A stretch of 19,720 nt of DNA from a virus (taxonomy: Duplodnaviria > Heunggongvirae > Uroviricota > Caudoviricetes): the IMG/VR virus record IMGVR_UViG_2541047897_000009. The stretch is one strand, 5' to 3'. Position 1 is the first letter of the stretch; each line of letters opens with the position of its first letter. The notes under the pieces were generated by a model that was not told the DNA's origin, ran no database searches, and saw only the letters and a program-made list of their open reading frames with translations. A program made the translations under genes and the position numbers. Below, piece by piece: positions 7,023 through 16,136 of this stretch.

Positions 7023-9765
7023 TCTTATCCGTCAGGTTATCAGTGCGTCTGAAAACAACTGGCCTCATGTGCTGGGCTGCCTGAACATAAATGTCCCTGA
7101 CTCTCCGCGCCGTCATGCTCCCTGCCCTGCATGTGGGGGCAAAGATCGATTCCGGTTCGATGACAACGGGCGCGGTAGCTTCATCTGTAATCAGTGCGGC
7201 GCTGGTGATGGACTGGATTTAATTAAACGCGTAAATAACTGCGACACAACAGAGGCGGCGCTTCTTGCCGCTGATGTTCTGGGTATTGATTACCGGACAA
7301 CGGAAACACCAGAAGCCACCAGCCAGAAACGGGAACAACTGGAAACCGAGCGCCAGCGACGCGAACAGGAGCGCCTGAAAAGGGCAGAGAAGGACGAACA
7401 ACAAAGACGGGATACGTTTTCCCGTCAGTTTGATGACATGCGCAGAAAGGCTGTAAACGGCAAATCTGATTATCTGGTTGCGAAAGGGGTAGGTGATTTT
7501 ACATTCCCCGTGTTGCCCGATGGATCTCTGTTGCTGGCGCTGGTGGATAAATCCGGCGCAGTAACAGCAGCACAGACTATTACCTCACATGGTGAAAAAA
7601 GACTCCTGACAGGTTCAGCAAAGCGAGGGGCATATCACGCCATAAACGCACCAGAAACAACACAGAGCATCTTAATCGCAGAAGGGCTGGCAACGGCATT
7701 ATCTGCCCATTTAATTCGTCCAGAGGCGCTGACAGTGGCGGCGATTGATGCCGGGAACCTGTTATATGTCGCCCAGGTACTGCGGGATAAATTTCCTTCA
7801 GCACAAATCATCATTGCTGCGGATAACGACCACAGCGAAGGAAGACAAAACACGGGGAGAATAGCAGCAGAAAAAGCAGCTTTATCTGTTTCTGGATGGG
7901 TGGCATTACCCCCGACAGATCACAAAGCAGACTGGAATGATTACCACCAAAAACACGGCATTAAATGCGCCACAGAAGCGTTCAATAAGTCAATGTACCA
8001 ACCACAGGGTAATGGCGTGAAACAGGAGCCACAGACCATTGAGGGAAGCGATTTTAAGGTTATGGATACCGACCCACTGAAACCAAGAATAGAAAGCCGC
8101 GAGGATGGTATTTATTGGGTATCTCCGAGAGCTGACAGCCAGAGTGGAGAAATCATCAATAACGAAAGCTGGTTATGTTCTCCGTTAAGCGTTATCGGTA
8201 CTGGCAGAGACGATAAAGACCAGTATCTCATTCTTCGCTGGCTGTCGTTTGGTTCTGAAACGCCGACAACCGCTGCCATTCCACTGGCTGATATTGGTGA
8301 ACGTGAAGGATGGCGCACACTTAAAGCTGGTGGGGTAAATGTCACGACCAAAAGCAGCCTCAGAGCAATACTGGCAGACTGGCTACAACGCAGTGGCTCT
8401 CGTGAATTGTGGCGTGTTGCTCATGCCACTGGCTGGCAATGCGGAGCGTACATCATGCCTGATGGGGAAATCATCGGAACACCTGAAAATCCTGTGCTGT
8501 TCAGCGGGAGAAGCTCAGCCGCAGCCGGATATACCGTCTCAGGGAGCGCGAAAAGCTGGCGTGATAACGTGGCGCGTCTGGCCTTTGGTAACTATTCAAT
8601 GATGACCGGGATCGGCGCAGCACTGGCAGCGCCATTGATTGGGCTGGTGGGCGCTGACGGGTTCGGCATTCATTTCTATGAGCAGTCGAGCGCAGGTAAG
8701 ACCACCACGGCAAACGTGGCGAGCAGCTTATACGGCAACCCTGATTTACTGCGGCTGACGTGGTACGGAACCGCGCTGGGGCTGGCAAATGAAGCTGCCG
8801 CCCACAATGACGGACTAATGCCGCTTGATGAAGTTGGTCAGGGCGCTGATCCTGTCAGTGTTTCACAGTCTGCCTATGCGTTATTTAACGGTGTAGGGAA
8901 ACTGCAAGGCGCTAAAGATGGTGGAAACCGGGATCTAAAACGCTGGCGTACAGTGGCAATCAGCACCGGAGAAATGGATTTAGAAACATTTATCGCTACT
9001 TCCGGGCGAAAAACCAAAGCCGGGCAACTGGTGCGACTGCTGAATATTCCGTTGAGTAAAGCAGTACGCTTTCACGATTACCAGAACGGAAAACAGCACG
9101 CAGACGCACTGAAAGACGCTTACCAGCATCACCACGGCGCGTCCGGGCGTGAGTGGATTAAATGGCTGGCAGACCACCAGCAACAGGCTATTAAAACTGT
9201 TCGTGATTGCGAAAGCAGATGGAGAAGCCTGATCCCATCCGATTATGGTGAGCAGGTTCACCGTGTAGCCGCGCGATTTGCCATTCTGGAGGCCGCATTG
9301 TTGTTAGGCGAGGTTGTAACAGGCTGGGATGCTCAGACATGCCGTGATGCGATACAGCACAGCTATAACGCATGGTTGCGCGAGTTCGGCACAGGTAACA
9401 AAGAGCATCAGCAGATTATTGAACAAACGGAGGCATTTCTTAATGCCTATGGGCTTAGCCGTTTTGCACCATTTCCATACAGCCCGGCAGATTTGCCCAT
9501 CAAAGATTTAGCCGGATACCGTCAGCGTGGAGAACATGACGAAAGTCCAATGATTTTCTACACATTCCCGGCCACATTTGAAAAGGAGATCGCATGTGGT
9601 TTCAACGCAAAACAGTTTGCTGAAGTGTTGAAAAAAGCCGGGATGCTAACCCCACCAAACAGCGGTCGTGGATACCAAAGAAAATCACCACGTATTCAGG
9701 GACGACAAATAAACGTTTATGTACTCAATTACCAGCCAGGAGATTACAACTCATCTGAAGAATGA
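7009..9765 (+). CDS. Bifunctional primase-helicase, P4 alpha type (zinc-ribbon primase + Toprim + C-terminal NTPase)
   Basis: CPACGG...CNQCG zinc ribbon; Toprim-like ILIAEGLATALS ... IIIAADNDH; Walker-A-like SSAGKTT; 919-aa ORF (GTG 7006 / ATG 7009). Confidence 0.9.
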   Translation: MRNIDLIRQVISASENNWPHVLGCLNINVPDSPRRHAPCPACGGKDRFRFDDNGRGSFICNQCGAGDGLDLIKRVNNCDTTEAALLAADVLGIDYRTTETPEATSQKREQLETERQRREQERLKRAEKDEQQRRDTFSRQFDDMRRKAVNGKSDYLVAKGVGDFTFPVLPDGSLLLALVDKSGAVTAAQTITSHGEKRLLTGSAKRGAYHAINAPETTQSILIAEGLATALSAHLIRPEALTVAAIDAGNLLYVAQVLRDKFPSAQIIIAADNDHSEGRQNTGRIAAEKAALSVSGWVALPPTDHKADWNDYHQKHGIKCATEAFNKSMYQPQGNGVKQEPQTIEGSDFKVMDTDPLKPRIESREDGIYWVSPRADSQSGEIINNESWLCSPLSVIGTGRDDKDQYLILRWLSFGSETPTTAAIPLADIGEREGWRTLKAGGVNVTTKSSLRAILADWLQRSGSRELWRVAHATGWQCGAYIMPDGEIIGTPENPVLFSGRSSAAAGYTVSGSAKSWRDNVARLAFGNYSMMTGIGAALAAPLIGLVGADGFGIHFYEQSSAGKTTTANVASSLYGNPDLLRLTWYGTALGLANEAAAHNDGLMPLDEVGQGADPVSVSQSAYALFNGVGKLQGAKDGGNRDLKRWRTVAISTGEMDLETFIATSGRKTKAGQLVRLLNIPLSKAVRFHDYQNGKQHADALKDAYQHHHGASGREWIKWLADHQQQAIKTVRDCESRWRSLIPSDYGEQVHRVAARFAILEAALLLGEVVTGWDAQTCRDAIQHSYNAWLREFGTGNKEHQQIIEQTEAFLNAYGLSRFAPFPYSPADLPIKDLAGYRQRGEHDESPMIFYTFPATFEKEIACGFNAKQFAEVLKKAGMLTPPNSGRGYQRKSPRIQGRQINVYVLNYQPGDYNSSEE

Positions 9766-9780
9766 GCTTCTTCATGTGCG

Positions 9781-9912
9781 TAGAAAAGGTGTTGGTTCAG
9801 TTGGTTCAGTTGGTTCAGTTGGTTCAATTTGTAAAGAGTATTGTTTTATAAGTATTTTATTCTTTTTATTGAACCAACACTGAACCAACAACACGGTATT
9901 TTGAACCAACAC
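9781..9912. repeat. Iteron block A (ori-like): 4 tandem GTTGGTTCA, AT-rich spacer, 3 inverted TGAACCAAC
   Basis: Direct copies at 9781, 9790, 9799, 9808; inverted copies at 9870, 9881, 9902; immediately downstream of the primase gene. Confidence 0.8.
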
Positions 9913-9960
9913 AATGTGACTGAATTGATGCGCACAACACCTGGCTGGCATCAGAGAGTG

Positions 9961-10035
9961 TTTTACGAGACTTTCGTAAAATCCTGTGTACAAGGGCGTG
10001 ACGTTTTTGAAAGTGAGCACTACGAAATTTTCGTA
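9961..10035. promoter_or_regulatory. Pair of palindromic operator-like sites sharing half-site TTTCGTA
   Basis: TTTTACGAGACTTTCGTAAAA (9961-9981) and perfect palindrome TACGAAATTTTCGTA (10021-10035), centres about 57 bp apart. Confidence 0.4.
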
Positions 10036-10230
10036 GTTCAAAAAACAGCCTCTGAGAAGTTGTTATGCCTGTTCAGCAAACCATCCGCATAGCTGATCGC
10101 GAATCAAATTACCAATGGAGCCAGAAGCAAGGGCAGAACTGAAAAGCGCCTGCCGTGAAGAGTAATGCGACACCATAAATATAGTTTTTAGAGTCCATAA
10201 AAAACCTGTCAAAACCTGACACACAGAACG

Positions 10231-10263
10231 ATGCCACCAGCTACTGAGCGGTGGCATTTTTTT
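10231..10263 (+). terminator. Rho-independent terminator
   Basis: 8-bp GC-rich stem ATGCCACC / GGTGGCAT with 11-nt loop, followed by 7 T residues. Confidence 0.65.
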
Positions 10264-10358
10264 GTGCTATTTGTTTCATATTTTGCAATTACTATGATGA
10301 ATATTGCGATTTGTGAAACTATAATAACTGTTGTTTTATACAGTTCTAAGGGGGCGTT

Positions 10359-10520
10359 ATGGCTATTTCAGTAAAGCCGGTATTGATAAGTGAGAAGCAA
10401 ATGGAAGCGATAAAGAAAATTCAGGAAGAGCAGCGTAAAAAATCAGGAATTGGAGTAGCGCCAACTCTGCATGAAATTGCACGAGGGTTAATAGATAAGG
10501 CGCTGGCAGGCTGTATGTGA
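10359..10520 (+). CDS. Small protein (53 aa), possible ribbon-helix-helix DNA-binding regulator
   Basis: Below the 60-aa ORF-track cutoff; strong RBS AAGGGGG 5 nt before ATG; predicted strand-helix-helix pattern. Confidence 0.5.
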   Translation: MAISVKPVLISEKQMEAIKKIQEEQRKKSGIGVAPTLHEIARGLIDKALAGCM

Positions 10521-10536
10521 AAATGGATGGCATCGC

Positions 10537-10998
10537 ATGGAACTAAAATTTATTGATAACCCTGTGCGATTACAGGCCTTTCTTAACGAGCCAGGCAATA
10601 CCGAAAATATTGTTGAGCCGGGGCACACGTACTACATCAAGCCTGATGCGGTATATCTCGGCATCTACGAAGGATTGGTGCTGGCTGGCGTTCATGAAGT
10701 GCGTAACTTCTGGCATAGCATTGTTGAATGCCATGCGGTGTACGCCCCCGGATTCCGTGGTGAATATGCACTGCAAGGGCATCGATTATTCTGCAAGTGG
10801 CTTCTCGAAAACTCACCATTCCTTAACAGCATTACCATGGTTCCTGACACCACGAAATACGGACGGGCAATTATCCGTTTGCTTGGCGCTACCCGTGTTG
10901 GTCACCTTGATGATGCTTATATCAGATGTGGTAAACCCGTCGGCGTAACGCTTTATCAGTTAACTCGGCAACAATATAAGGAATTCAGCGAATGTTAA
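10537..10998 (+). CDS. Hypothetical protein (153 aa); first gene of a coupled 4-gene operon, possibly a virion/ejection-protein assembly factor (P22 gp14-like by position only)
   Basis: Clean ORF; downstream gene start overlaps its stop (ATGTTAA). Confidence 0.65.
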   Translation: MELKFIDNPVRLQAFLNEPGNTENIVEPGHTYYIKPDAVYLGIYEGLVLAGVHEVRNFWHSIVECHAVYAPGFRGEYALQGHRLFCKWLLENSPFLNSITMVPDTTKYGRAIIRLLGATRVGHLDDAYIRCGKPVGVTLYQLTRQQYKEFSEC

Positions 10999-11669
10999 TT
11001 ACCCACATAGCTCATAAACATCTCAATCGTGCCGTATACGAAAAAGGCGGTGATGGTGGTGCCTCTAAAGCTCAGGCGAAGGCCCAGCAGCAGGCAATTG
11101 ATTTGCAGCGCGAGCAGTGGAATACGGTGATGAATAATCTCAAGCCGTATGCAGAAGTCGGATTGCCTGCTTTACAACAACTACAAGGACTGATGACTCT
11201 GGAAGGGCAGAATAAAGCCGCGAATGATTTCTTTGGTTCTGGTTTATATAAAACACAGGCAGATCAGGCCCGTTATCAGAACCTTGTCTCAGCAGAAGCT
11301 ACCGGGGGGCTTGGCTCAACAGCTACCAGTAACCAGTTATCTTCCATTGCGCCCATGCTTTATAACAATTGGCTTAGTGGGCAAATGCAAAATTATGGAA
11401 ACCTGCTAAATGTCGGGATGAATGCGGCATCAGGGCAGGCAACAGCAGGGCAAAACTACGCCAATAATACCGGGCAACTCTTGCAGGGGCTTGGCGCTAT
11501 TCGTGCAGGTCAGGCGCAGCAGCCATCCAGTCTTGCGCGTGGTATTGGTGGGGCGGCATCAGGCGCTTTAGCGGGTGCGCAACTTGGTTCCGTTGTTCCG
11601 GGTATAGGTAATGTCGCCGGGGCTATTGGTGGTGGGCTTATTGGTCTTGTTGGGGGGCTTGGATTCTAA
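10992..11669 (+). CDS. Putative virion internal / DNA-ejection protein (225 aa; P22 gp7-like by size, order and composition)
   Basis: AAGGAA RBS; Q/A-rich; glycine-zipper hydrophobic C-terminus (GIGNVAGAIGGGLIGLVGGLGF). Confidence 0.7.
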   Translation: MLITHIAHKHLNRAVYEKGGDGGASKAQAKAQQQAIDLQREQWNTVMNNLKPYAEVGLPALQQLQGLMTLEGQNKAANDFFGSGLYKTQADQARYQNLVSAEATGGLGSTATSNQLSSIAPMLYNNWLSGQMQNYGNLLNVGMNAASGQATAGQNYANNTGQLLQGLGAIRAGQAQQPSSLARGIGGAASGALAGAQLGSVVPGIGNVAGAIGGGLIGLVGGLGF

Positions 11670-13090
11670 TGGCGACATGGCAACTTGGCGGGCTGCCTAG
11701 CATGGCACCGCAAAATGATAATGCTCCTCGTTCTTCCGTTCCTCAGCCTGTGCAGTATCAGCAGCAGCCAAACGTAGGTTTAATGGCGCTACAGGGGCTA
11801 AGAGGCGTTGCTGAGATTAATCAGCAGGCACGTCAACAACAGCGTAAAGCAGAGTTTCAGAAAGCATATGCCGGGGCTTTTGAGTCTGGAGACAGAAACA
11901 AAATGCGCAGTCTTATTTCTGAGTATCCAGAAGAATTTGAAAGCGTTCAGAAAGGGATGGGCTTTATTGATGACGACCAGAGAAATTCTATTGGTCATCT
12001 TGCGACTAGTGCTCAAATCGCATCTTCGCTCGGAACTGGGGCATTTGGAAAATTCATAGCAGATAACGAAGATGAAATGCGTCGCTTGGGAATTTCTCCT
12101 GAGTCTGTTGCCGAAATGCATGTTAATGATCCACAGGGATTCCAGCGGCTTGCTGGTAGTATGGCACTGTTTTCTCTCGGTCATGAGAAGTATTTCGATA
12201 TCAAAGATCAAATGGAAGGTCGGGATATTGAGCGTGGCAAGTTGGCAGAAACAATCCGCAGCAATCAGGCTGGCGAAGCACTTCAGGCGAGAGGGCAGGA
12301 TATTAGCCGAGCAAATGCGTTAACGTCAGCATATGCACCAACAGCAGCAATGCAGAATTACAATCAGTACGCTCAAATGTTAAAGGAGGATCCAGAGGGG
12401 GCGGCGGCATTTGCGGCAGCGGCTGGAATTAATACAAACGCCAAAAAATTAATGAGTGTTAGAGAAAACGATGATGGCACTGTCACAAAATACTACACAG
12501 ACGGAAGTGAAGAGCAGGGAAAACTAAACCAGCCAATATCTGGAGATGGGTTTCGTCCAATAGCTTTGCCAACAGCCCAAAAGATCATGGAAAAGTCGCC
12601 AGAAGGGGCTAAAAAAGCTGCTGGATTTGCATACAGAGTTAGGGATGCTCTTGATTCAATGGATACACTGAAAGGCCAGCTTAGCCCACAGCGAGTGGCG
12701 ATCATTAATAATGCTTTGGGTAATGGGACGCTGGCTAACTTAACGCTCAGCCCAACAGAGCAGCAATACGTTGTTAATGCTAATGACGCAATAATGGCAA
12801 TACTCCGTCAGGAAACAGGGGCAGCTATCGTACCTGCTGAAATGTCAAAATATTATCAAATGTATTTCCCTCAGCCTGGCGACTCCACAAAAACCATTGA
12901 TACCAAGCGCCGGAAGATGGAAAACCAGTTCAATTCGCTGAAAGCTGCTTCTGGTCGAGCTTATGATGCTTTGCGGGTTATTTCAGCAGTTGACAGAGGG
13001 ACTTCTTCTTCGTCGCAGACATTGCCGCAATCTGAGCAGGTATCACAGCCAGCAGCCAGCAGTAACTTTTCTTCACTATGGGGTGATTAA
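11669..13090 (+). CDS. Putative DNA-ejection / internal virion protein (473 aa; P22 gp20-like by size and order)
   Basis: TAATG overlap with upstream gene; low-complexity Q/A/S-rich termini. Confidence 0.7.
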   Translation: MATWQLGGLPSMAPQNDNAPRSSVPQPVQYQQQPNVGLMALQGLRGVAEINQQARQQQRKAEFQKAYAGAFESGDRNKMRSLISEYPEEFESVQKGMGFIDDDQRNSIGHLATSAQIASSLGTGAFGKFIADNEDEMRRLGISPESVAEMHVNDPQGFQRLAGSMALFSLGHEKYFDIKDQMEGRDIERGKLAETIRSNQAGEALQARGQDISRANALTSAYAPTAAMQNYNQYAQMLKEDPEGAAAFAAAAGINTNAKKLMSVRENDDGTVTKYYTDGSEEQGKLNQPISGDGFRPIALPTAQKIMEKSPEGAKKAAGFAYRVRDALDSMDTLKGQLSPQRVAIINNALGNGTLANLTLSPTEQQYVVNANDAIMAILRQETGAAIVPAEMSKYYQMYFPQPGDSTKTIDTKRRKMENQFNSLKAASGRAYDALRVISAVDRGTSSSSQTLPQSEQVSQPAASSNFSSLWGD

Positions 13091-15195
13091 TGGCTAAAGC
13101 ATGGAAAGATGTTATCGCCTCTCCACAGTATCAGGCGTTAGCACCAGAACAAAAAGCGCAGGCTCAGGAGCAATACTTCAATGAAGTCGTTGCCCCGCAA
13201 GCCGGAGAAAGTGTAGCGCAGGCTAAGCAGGCTTTTTATGCTGCCTATCCACTACCATCAACGAATGAAATAGACCGATCCCAATCAGCAACTCAAAATA
13301 TTCAACATACATCATCTGATAATTCTCTTGCGTCAGGGTATGCAAAGTTAGCTACTCAGCAAAGAGAGGGGCTTGAGCGTTCAGCAGAACAGGGAGCCAG
13401 CCTTGGGGCTGCGATGCGCGATGCTATAACAGGCGAAAGCCGAATGACTCCAGAGATGGCGAGACTGCAAAATGTCGACCTTGCCCCAGAGTTAACCTCA
13501 CTCAGTATGGATGCTCTAAAAGCTCGATGGTCTCAACTTTTCGGCTCTGACGCATCTCAGGAAAAGATTCTTCAGAGCATGGGAGCGAAATTAAGGCAGG
13601 ATGAGAAGGGTAACACTATCGTTTCCCTGCCATCCGGTGATTATGCTCTGAACAAGCCGGGTTTATCGCCGCAAGACGTGGCATCGTTTCTGGCTAATGC
13701 GCTGGCGTTTACACCAGCGGGCAGGGCCGGAACGGTGCTGGGGGCCATAGGGAAATCAGCAGCTACAGATTTAGCACTACAGGGAGCCACCAGCCTTGCT
13801 GGTGGAGAAGATATTGATCCGTTACAAACGGTAATTTCTGCTGGCATTGGCGGCATTGGTAAGGGGCTGGAGAATACAGCGAGTGCGGTTTCGAGGGCTG
13901 TTCGTGGTGATATGGCACCGGAAGCGAAAGCCGCTGTTGATTTTGCATCGGAAAGAAACCTGCCGTTAATGACCAGTGACGTACTGAAAGATAAAAACAC
14001 TGTGCAGAGTCTGGCCCAGAAAACAGGCGAAAAAATCCCTTTTTTTGGAACGGGTACGAACAGGTTGAATCAACAACAGGCACGGGAAAATCTGGTCAGA
14101 ACATATAACGATGGTCTGGGAGGCATTTCAGATAAACAGCTTTATGAATCTGCGACTAAAGGGCAGCAAAAATTCATTGAGGCCGCAGGAAAGCGATATA
14201 ACCGCATAATTGACGCTATGGGGGATACCCCTGTCGATCTCTCAAACACGGTAAAAGCTATCGACAATCAGATTGCCGTGTTAAGCCGCCCGGGCAAATC
14301 TCAGGATAGAGCCGCGGTAAAAGTCTTGCAGCAATTTAAAGACGATATCACCAGCGGACCAAATGACCTGCGTCTGGCGAGAGAAAACAGAACTGACCTT
14401 CGAAAGCGGTTCATGAATTCAAACGAGACAGTTGATAAAGACACGCTCCAGAAAGCCAGCGATATTGTCTACAAGGCATATACGCTGGATATGAGAAGGG
14501 CAGTAGCCCAGAAACTGGGTTCAGAAGAAGCAGCCAATATGGCAAGGGTCGATCGCTCATGGTCTAAATTCAATGACATGATGGGAAGAACGCGCGTTCA
14601 GAAGGCAATAGCCAGCGGCAAGGCCACGCCTGAGGATGTAACAAAACTCGTTTTTAGCCAAAGCTCATCAGAACGTTCTCAGCTTTACAGGCTTCTGGAT
14701 GACAACGGCAGGCAGAACGCACGGGCAGCCATAATACAGAATGCTGTAGATAAGGCGACTGATTCGGCGGGGAATATCAGCGTTGAGAAGTTTATTAACA
14801 CGCTACACCGGAACAGAAAGCAATCCGCAACGTTCTTTAAGGGCGTGCACGGAAAGGAACTGGACGGCATTATTAAATACCTCAACGATACCAGACAGGC
14901 GGCAAAGGTTGACGGTCAGAAATTAAACAGCCAGAAACTTTATGGCCTGCTGGTTGGTGGAGGCGCTATAAATGCGGCAGTTCTGGCGGGGATGCTGAAA
15001 ACGGCTGCGTTTGTTGTTCCTGCTGCTGGTGCCGTAGGCGGAGCAGCGAAGGCATACGAAAGCCCTGTTATACGAAATGCCTTGTTACGTCTGGCAAATA
15101 CGCCAAAAGGTAGCACAGCATATGACAGAGCGATCAGTACGGTCACACAATCACTGACCACAGCAGCACAAGCATCGCAAAAGGAAGCTCAATAA
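13090..15195 (+). CDS. Putative DNA-ejection / internal virion protein (701 aa; P22 gp16-like by position)
   Basis: TAATG overlap with upstream gene; A/Q/G-rich; hydrophobic glycine-rich segment near C-terminus (GLLVGGGAINAAVLAGMLKTAAFVVPAAGAVGGAA). Confidence 0.7.
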   Translation: MAKAWKDVIASPQYQALAPEQKAQAQEQYFNEVVAPQAGESVAQAKQAFYAAYPLPSTNEIDRSQSATQNIQHTSSDNSLASGYAKLATQQREGLERSAEQGASLGAAMRDAITGESRMTPEMARLQNVDLAPELTSLSMDALKARWSQLFGSDASQEKILQSMGAKLRQDEKGNTIVSLPSGDYALNKPGLSPQDVASFLANALAFTPAGRAGTVLGAIGKSAATDLALQGATSLAGGEDIDPLQTVISAGIGGIGKGLENTASAVSRAVRGDMAPEAKAAVDFASERNLPLMTSDVLKDKNTVQSLAQKTGEKIPFFGTGTNRLNQQQARENLVRTYNDGLGGISDKQLYESATKGQQKFIEAAGKRYNRIIDAMGDTPVDLSNTVKAIDNQIAVLSRPGKSQDRAAVKVLQQFKDDITSGPNDLRLARENRTDLRKRFMNSNETVDKDTLQKASDIVYKAYTLDMRRAVAQKLGSEEAANMARVDRSWSKFNDMMGRTRVQKAIASGKATPEDVTKLVFSQSSSERSQLYRLLDDNGRQNARAAIIQNAVDKATDSAGNISVEKFINTLHRNRKQSATFFKGVHGKELDGIIKYLNDTRQAAKVDGQKLNSQKLYGLLVGGGAINAAVLAGMLKTAAFVVPAAGAVGGAAKAYESPVIRNALLRLANTPKGSTAYDRAISTVTQSLTTAAQASQKEAQ

Positions 15196-15257
15196 CAGAT
15201 GGCCATGGATGGTTGGTTATAATAGTAATTAGTATTTTTTTCAAATAGTTATGAACA

Positions 15258-15656
15258 TTAACACTTGCCTTTAACATTGCCGACAAATGAGCCTGTAAAT
15301 GAGCCTATATCAGATCGACTAATTGTTCGTGTATGGATCACTTTTCCGTCATTTGAGATTGCCCATGTGACAAGCGTCAGTTGACCATCTCGATAGCTTC
15401 TTCCCATCATGGCATTCGGAGACAGCGGGTAATAATCAATACCTCCACCTATACCATCTTTTGCCAAGATAAGATCCGCCTTCTCTTTACTTATTACCAA
15501 ATGAAAGGTATCTGGTATAGATGATAACTTATAGTTATACCCATCTGAACTTGAGGCTTCTTGTCCTTTCAGATCACCAATAATCCAGCATTCAGCGTTC
15601 GCTCCAAAAGAAGCAAATAATAAACCGGAGACAACCAATCGCTTCAATTGATTCAC
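15258..15656 (-). CDS. Small secreted (periplasmic) protein, about 132-aa precursor, unknown function
   Basis: Near-perfect RBS AAGGGAGGG 5 nt before a GTG start; N-terminal signal peptide (M)NQLKRLVVSGLLFASFGANA with cleavage after ANA; Cys at both ends of the mature protein; convergent with the ejection-like operon. Confidence 0.6.
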   Translation of the reverse strand: MNQLKRLVVSGLLFASFGANAECWIIGDLKGQEASSSDGYNYKLSSIPDTFHLVISKEKADLILAKDGIGGGIDYYPLSPNAMMGRSYRDGQLTLVTWAISNDGKVIHTRTISRSDIGSFTGSFVGNVKGKC

Positions 15657-15768
15657 ACCAACCCTCCCTTTAGCGTTGTTTAGAATGGCAATCATCATAT
15701 ATCCAAGACATGGCATTTGGTACATAGCTTGGGTCGGGATTTCAAATCCGCCCCCGTTGATGGGGTCG

Positions 15769-16136
15769 TTACAGTACGCGCATATCCGCTTTATGTGAAA
15801 CAGGAAGATTTTTCTGATATCACTGCCACAGCAAAACACCAATTTCGTGACCAGTACGCGCGCGAGGGGTATCAGTTGCAAAAAGTTTTGCAACTACGTC
15901 CGACCAGTACGCGCACGATGGAGGGGAGTACCATAAAACTGTTCTCTACATAAGTCAGAGTGGTGGTGATGTGTTGATTATCGGCGTATATGCGCACAGG
16001 ACGCGCTATGACGATGTTTTATGCGGGTACACCAATCACATGATAAATCGCGTTACATGACCTCTCATGTTGTGCTGGTGGTTATCACGACGTTCTGAAT
16101 CTGGCCTTTGCCTGGTATTTTGCGACAAGTACGCGC
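15769..16136 (+). promoter_or_regulatory. Array of four direct repeats (core CAGTACGCGC) with an embedded 18-bp palindrome
   Basis: TTACAGTACGCGC 15769-15781; GACCAGTACGCGC 15849-15861 and 15902-15914 (identical); GACAAGTACGCGC 16124-16136; palindrome TTGCAAAAAGTTTTGCAA 15876-15893 between copies 2 and 3. Confidence 0.45.

Noticed and set aside
7219-9511. Several short ORFs on both strands inside the primase-helicase gene
   Set aside because: All nested within or antisense to the 919-aa primase-helicase ORF; alternative-frame artefacts.
9781-9912. Tandem short repeats as a possible CRISPR array
   Set aside because: The repeats are 9 bp, directly abutting with no spacers, and have inverted copies; this is an iteron/origin architecture, not CRISPR.
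9841-10092. 83-aa plus-strand ORF
   Set aside because: Its 5' half is made of the iteron and AT-rich spacer and its 3' half covers the palindromic operator-like sites; no RBS; likely chance ORF.
13641-15161. Minus-strand ORFs inside the 701-aa gene
   Set aside because: Antisense to a long, coupled ORF; A/P/S-rich translations typical of the reverse frame of an Ala/Gly-rich gene.
15731-15756. Hairpin GGGTCGGGATTTCAAATCCGCCCCC resembling a tRNA T-arm / 3' end (possible att remnant)
   Set aside because: The stem does not pair as a 5-bp T-stem around a 7-nt T-loop, and there is no acceptor stem or CCA context; more likely part of the secreted-protein gene's upstream region.
15657-15893. Longer N-terminal extension of the secreted protein (ORF-track start at 15893; internal ATGs at 15698 and 15725)
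   Set aside because: None of the upstream ATGs has an RBS; the GTG at 15656 follows AAGGGAGGG and gives a canonical signal peptide.
15717-15953. 78-aa plus-strand ORF
   Set aside because: Lies across the repeat array and the upstream region of the minus-strand secreted-protein gene; no RBS; unprotein-like.
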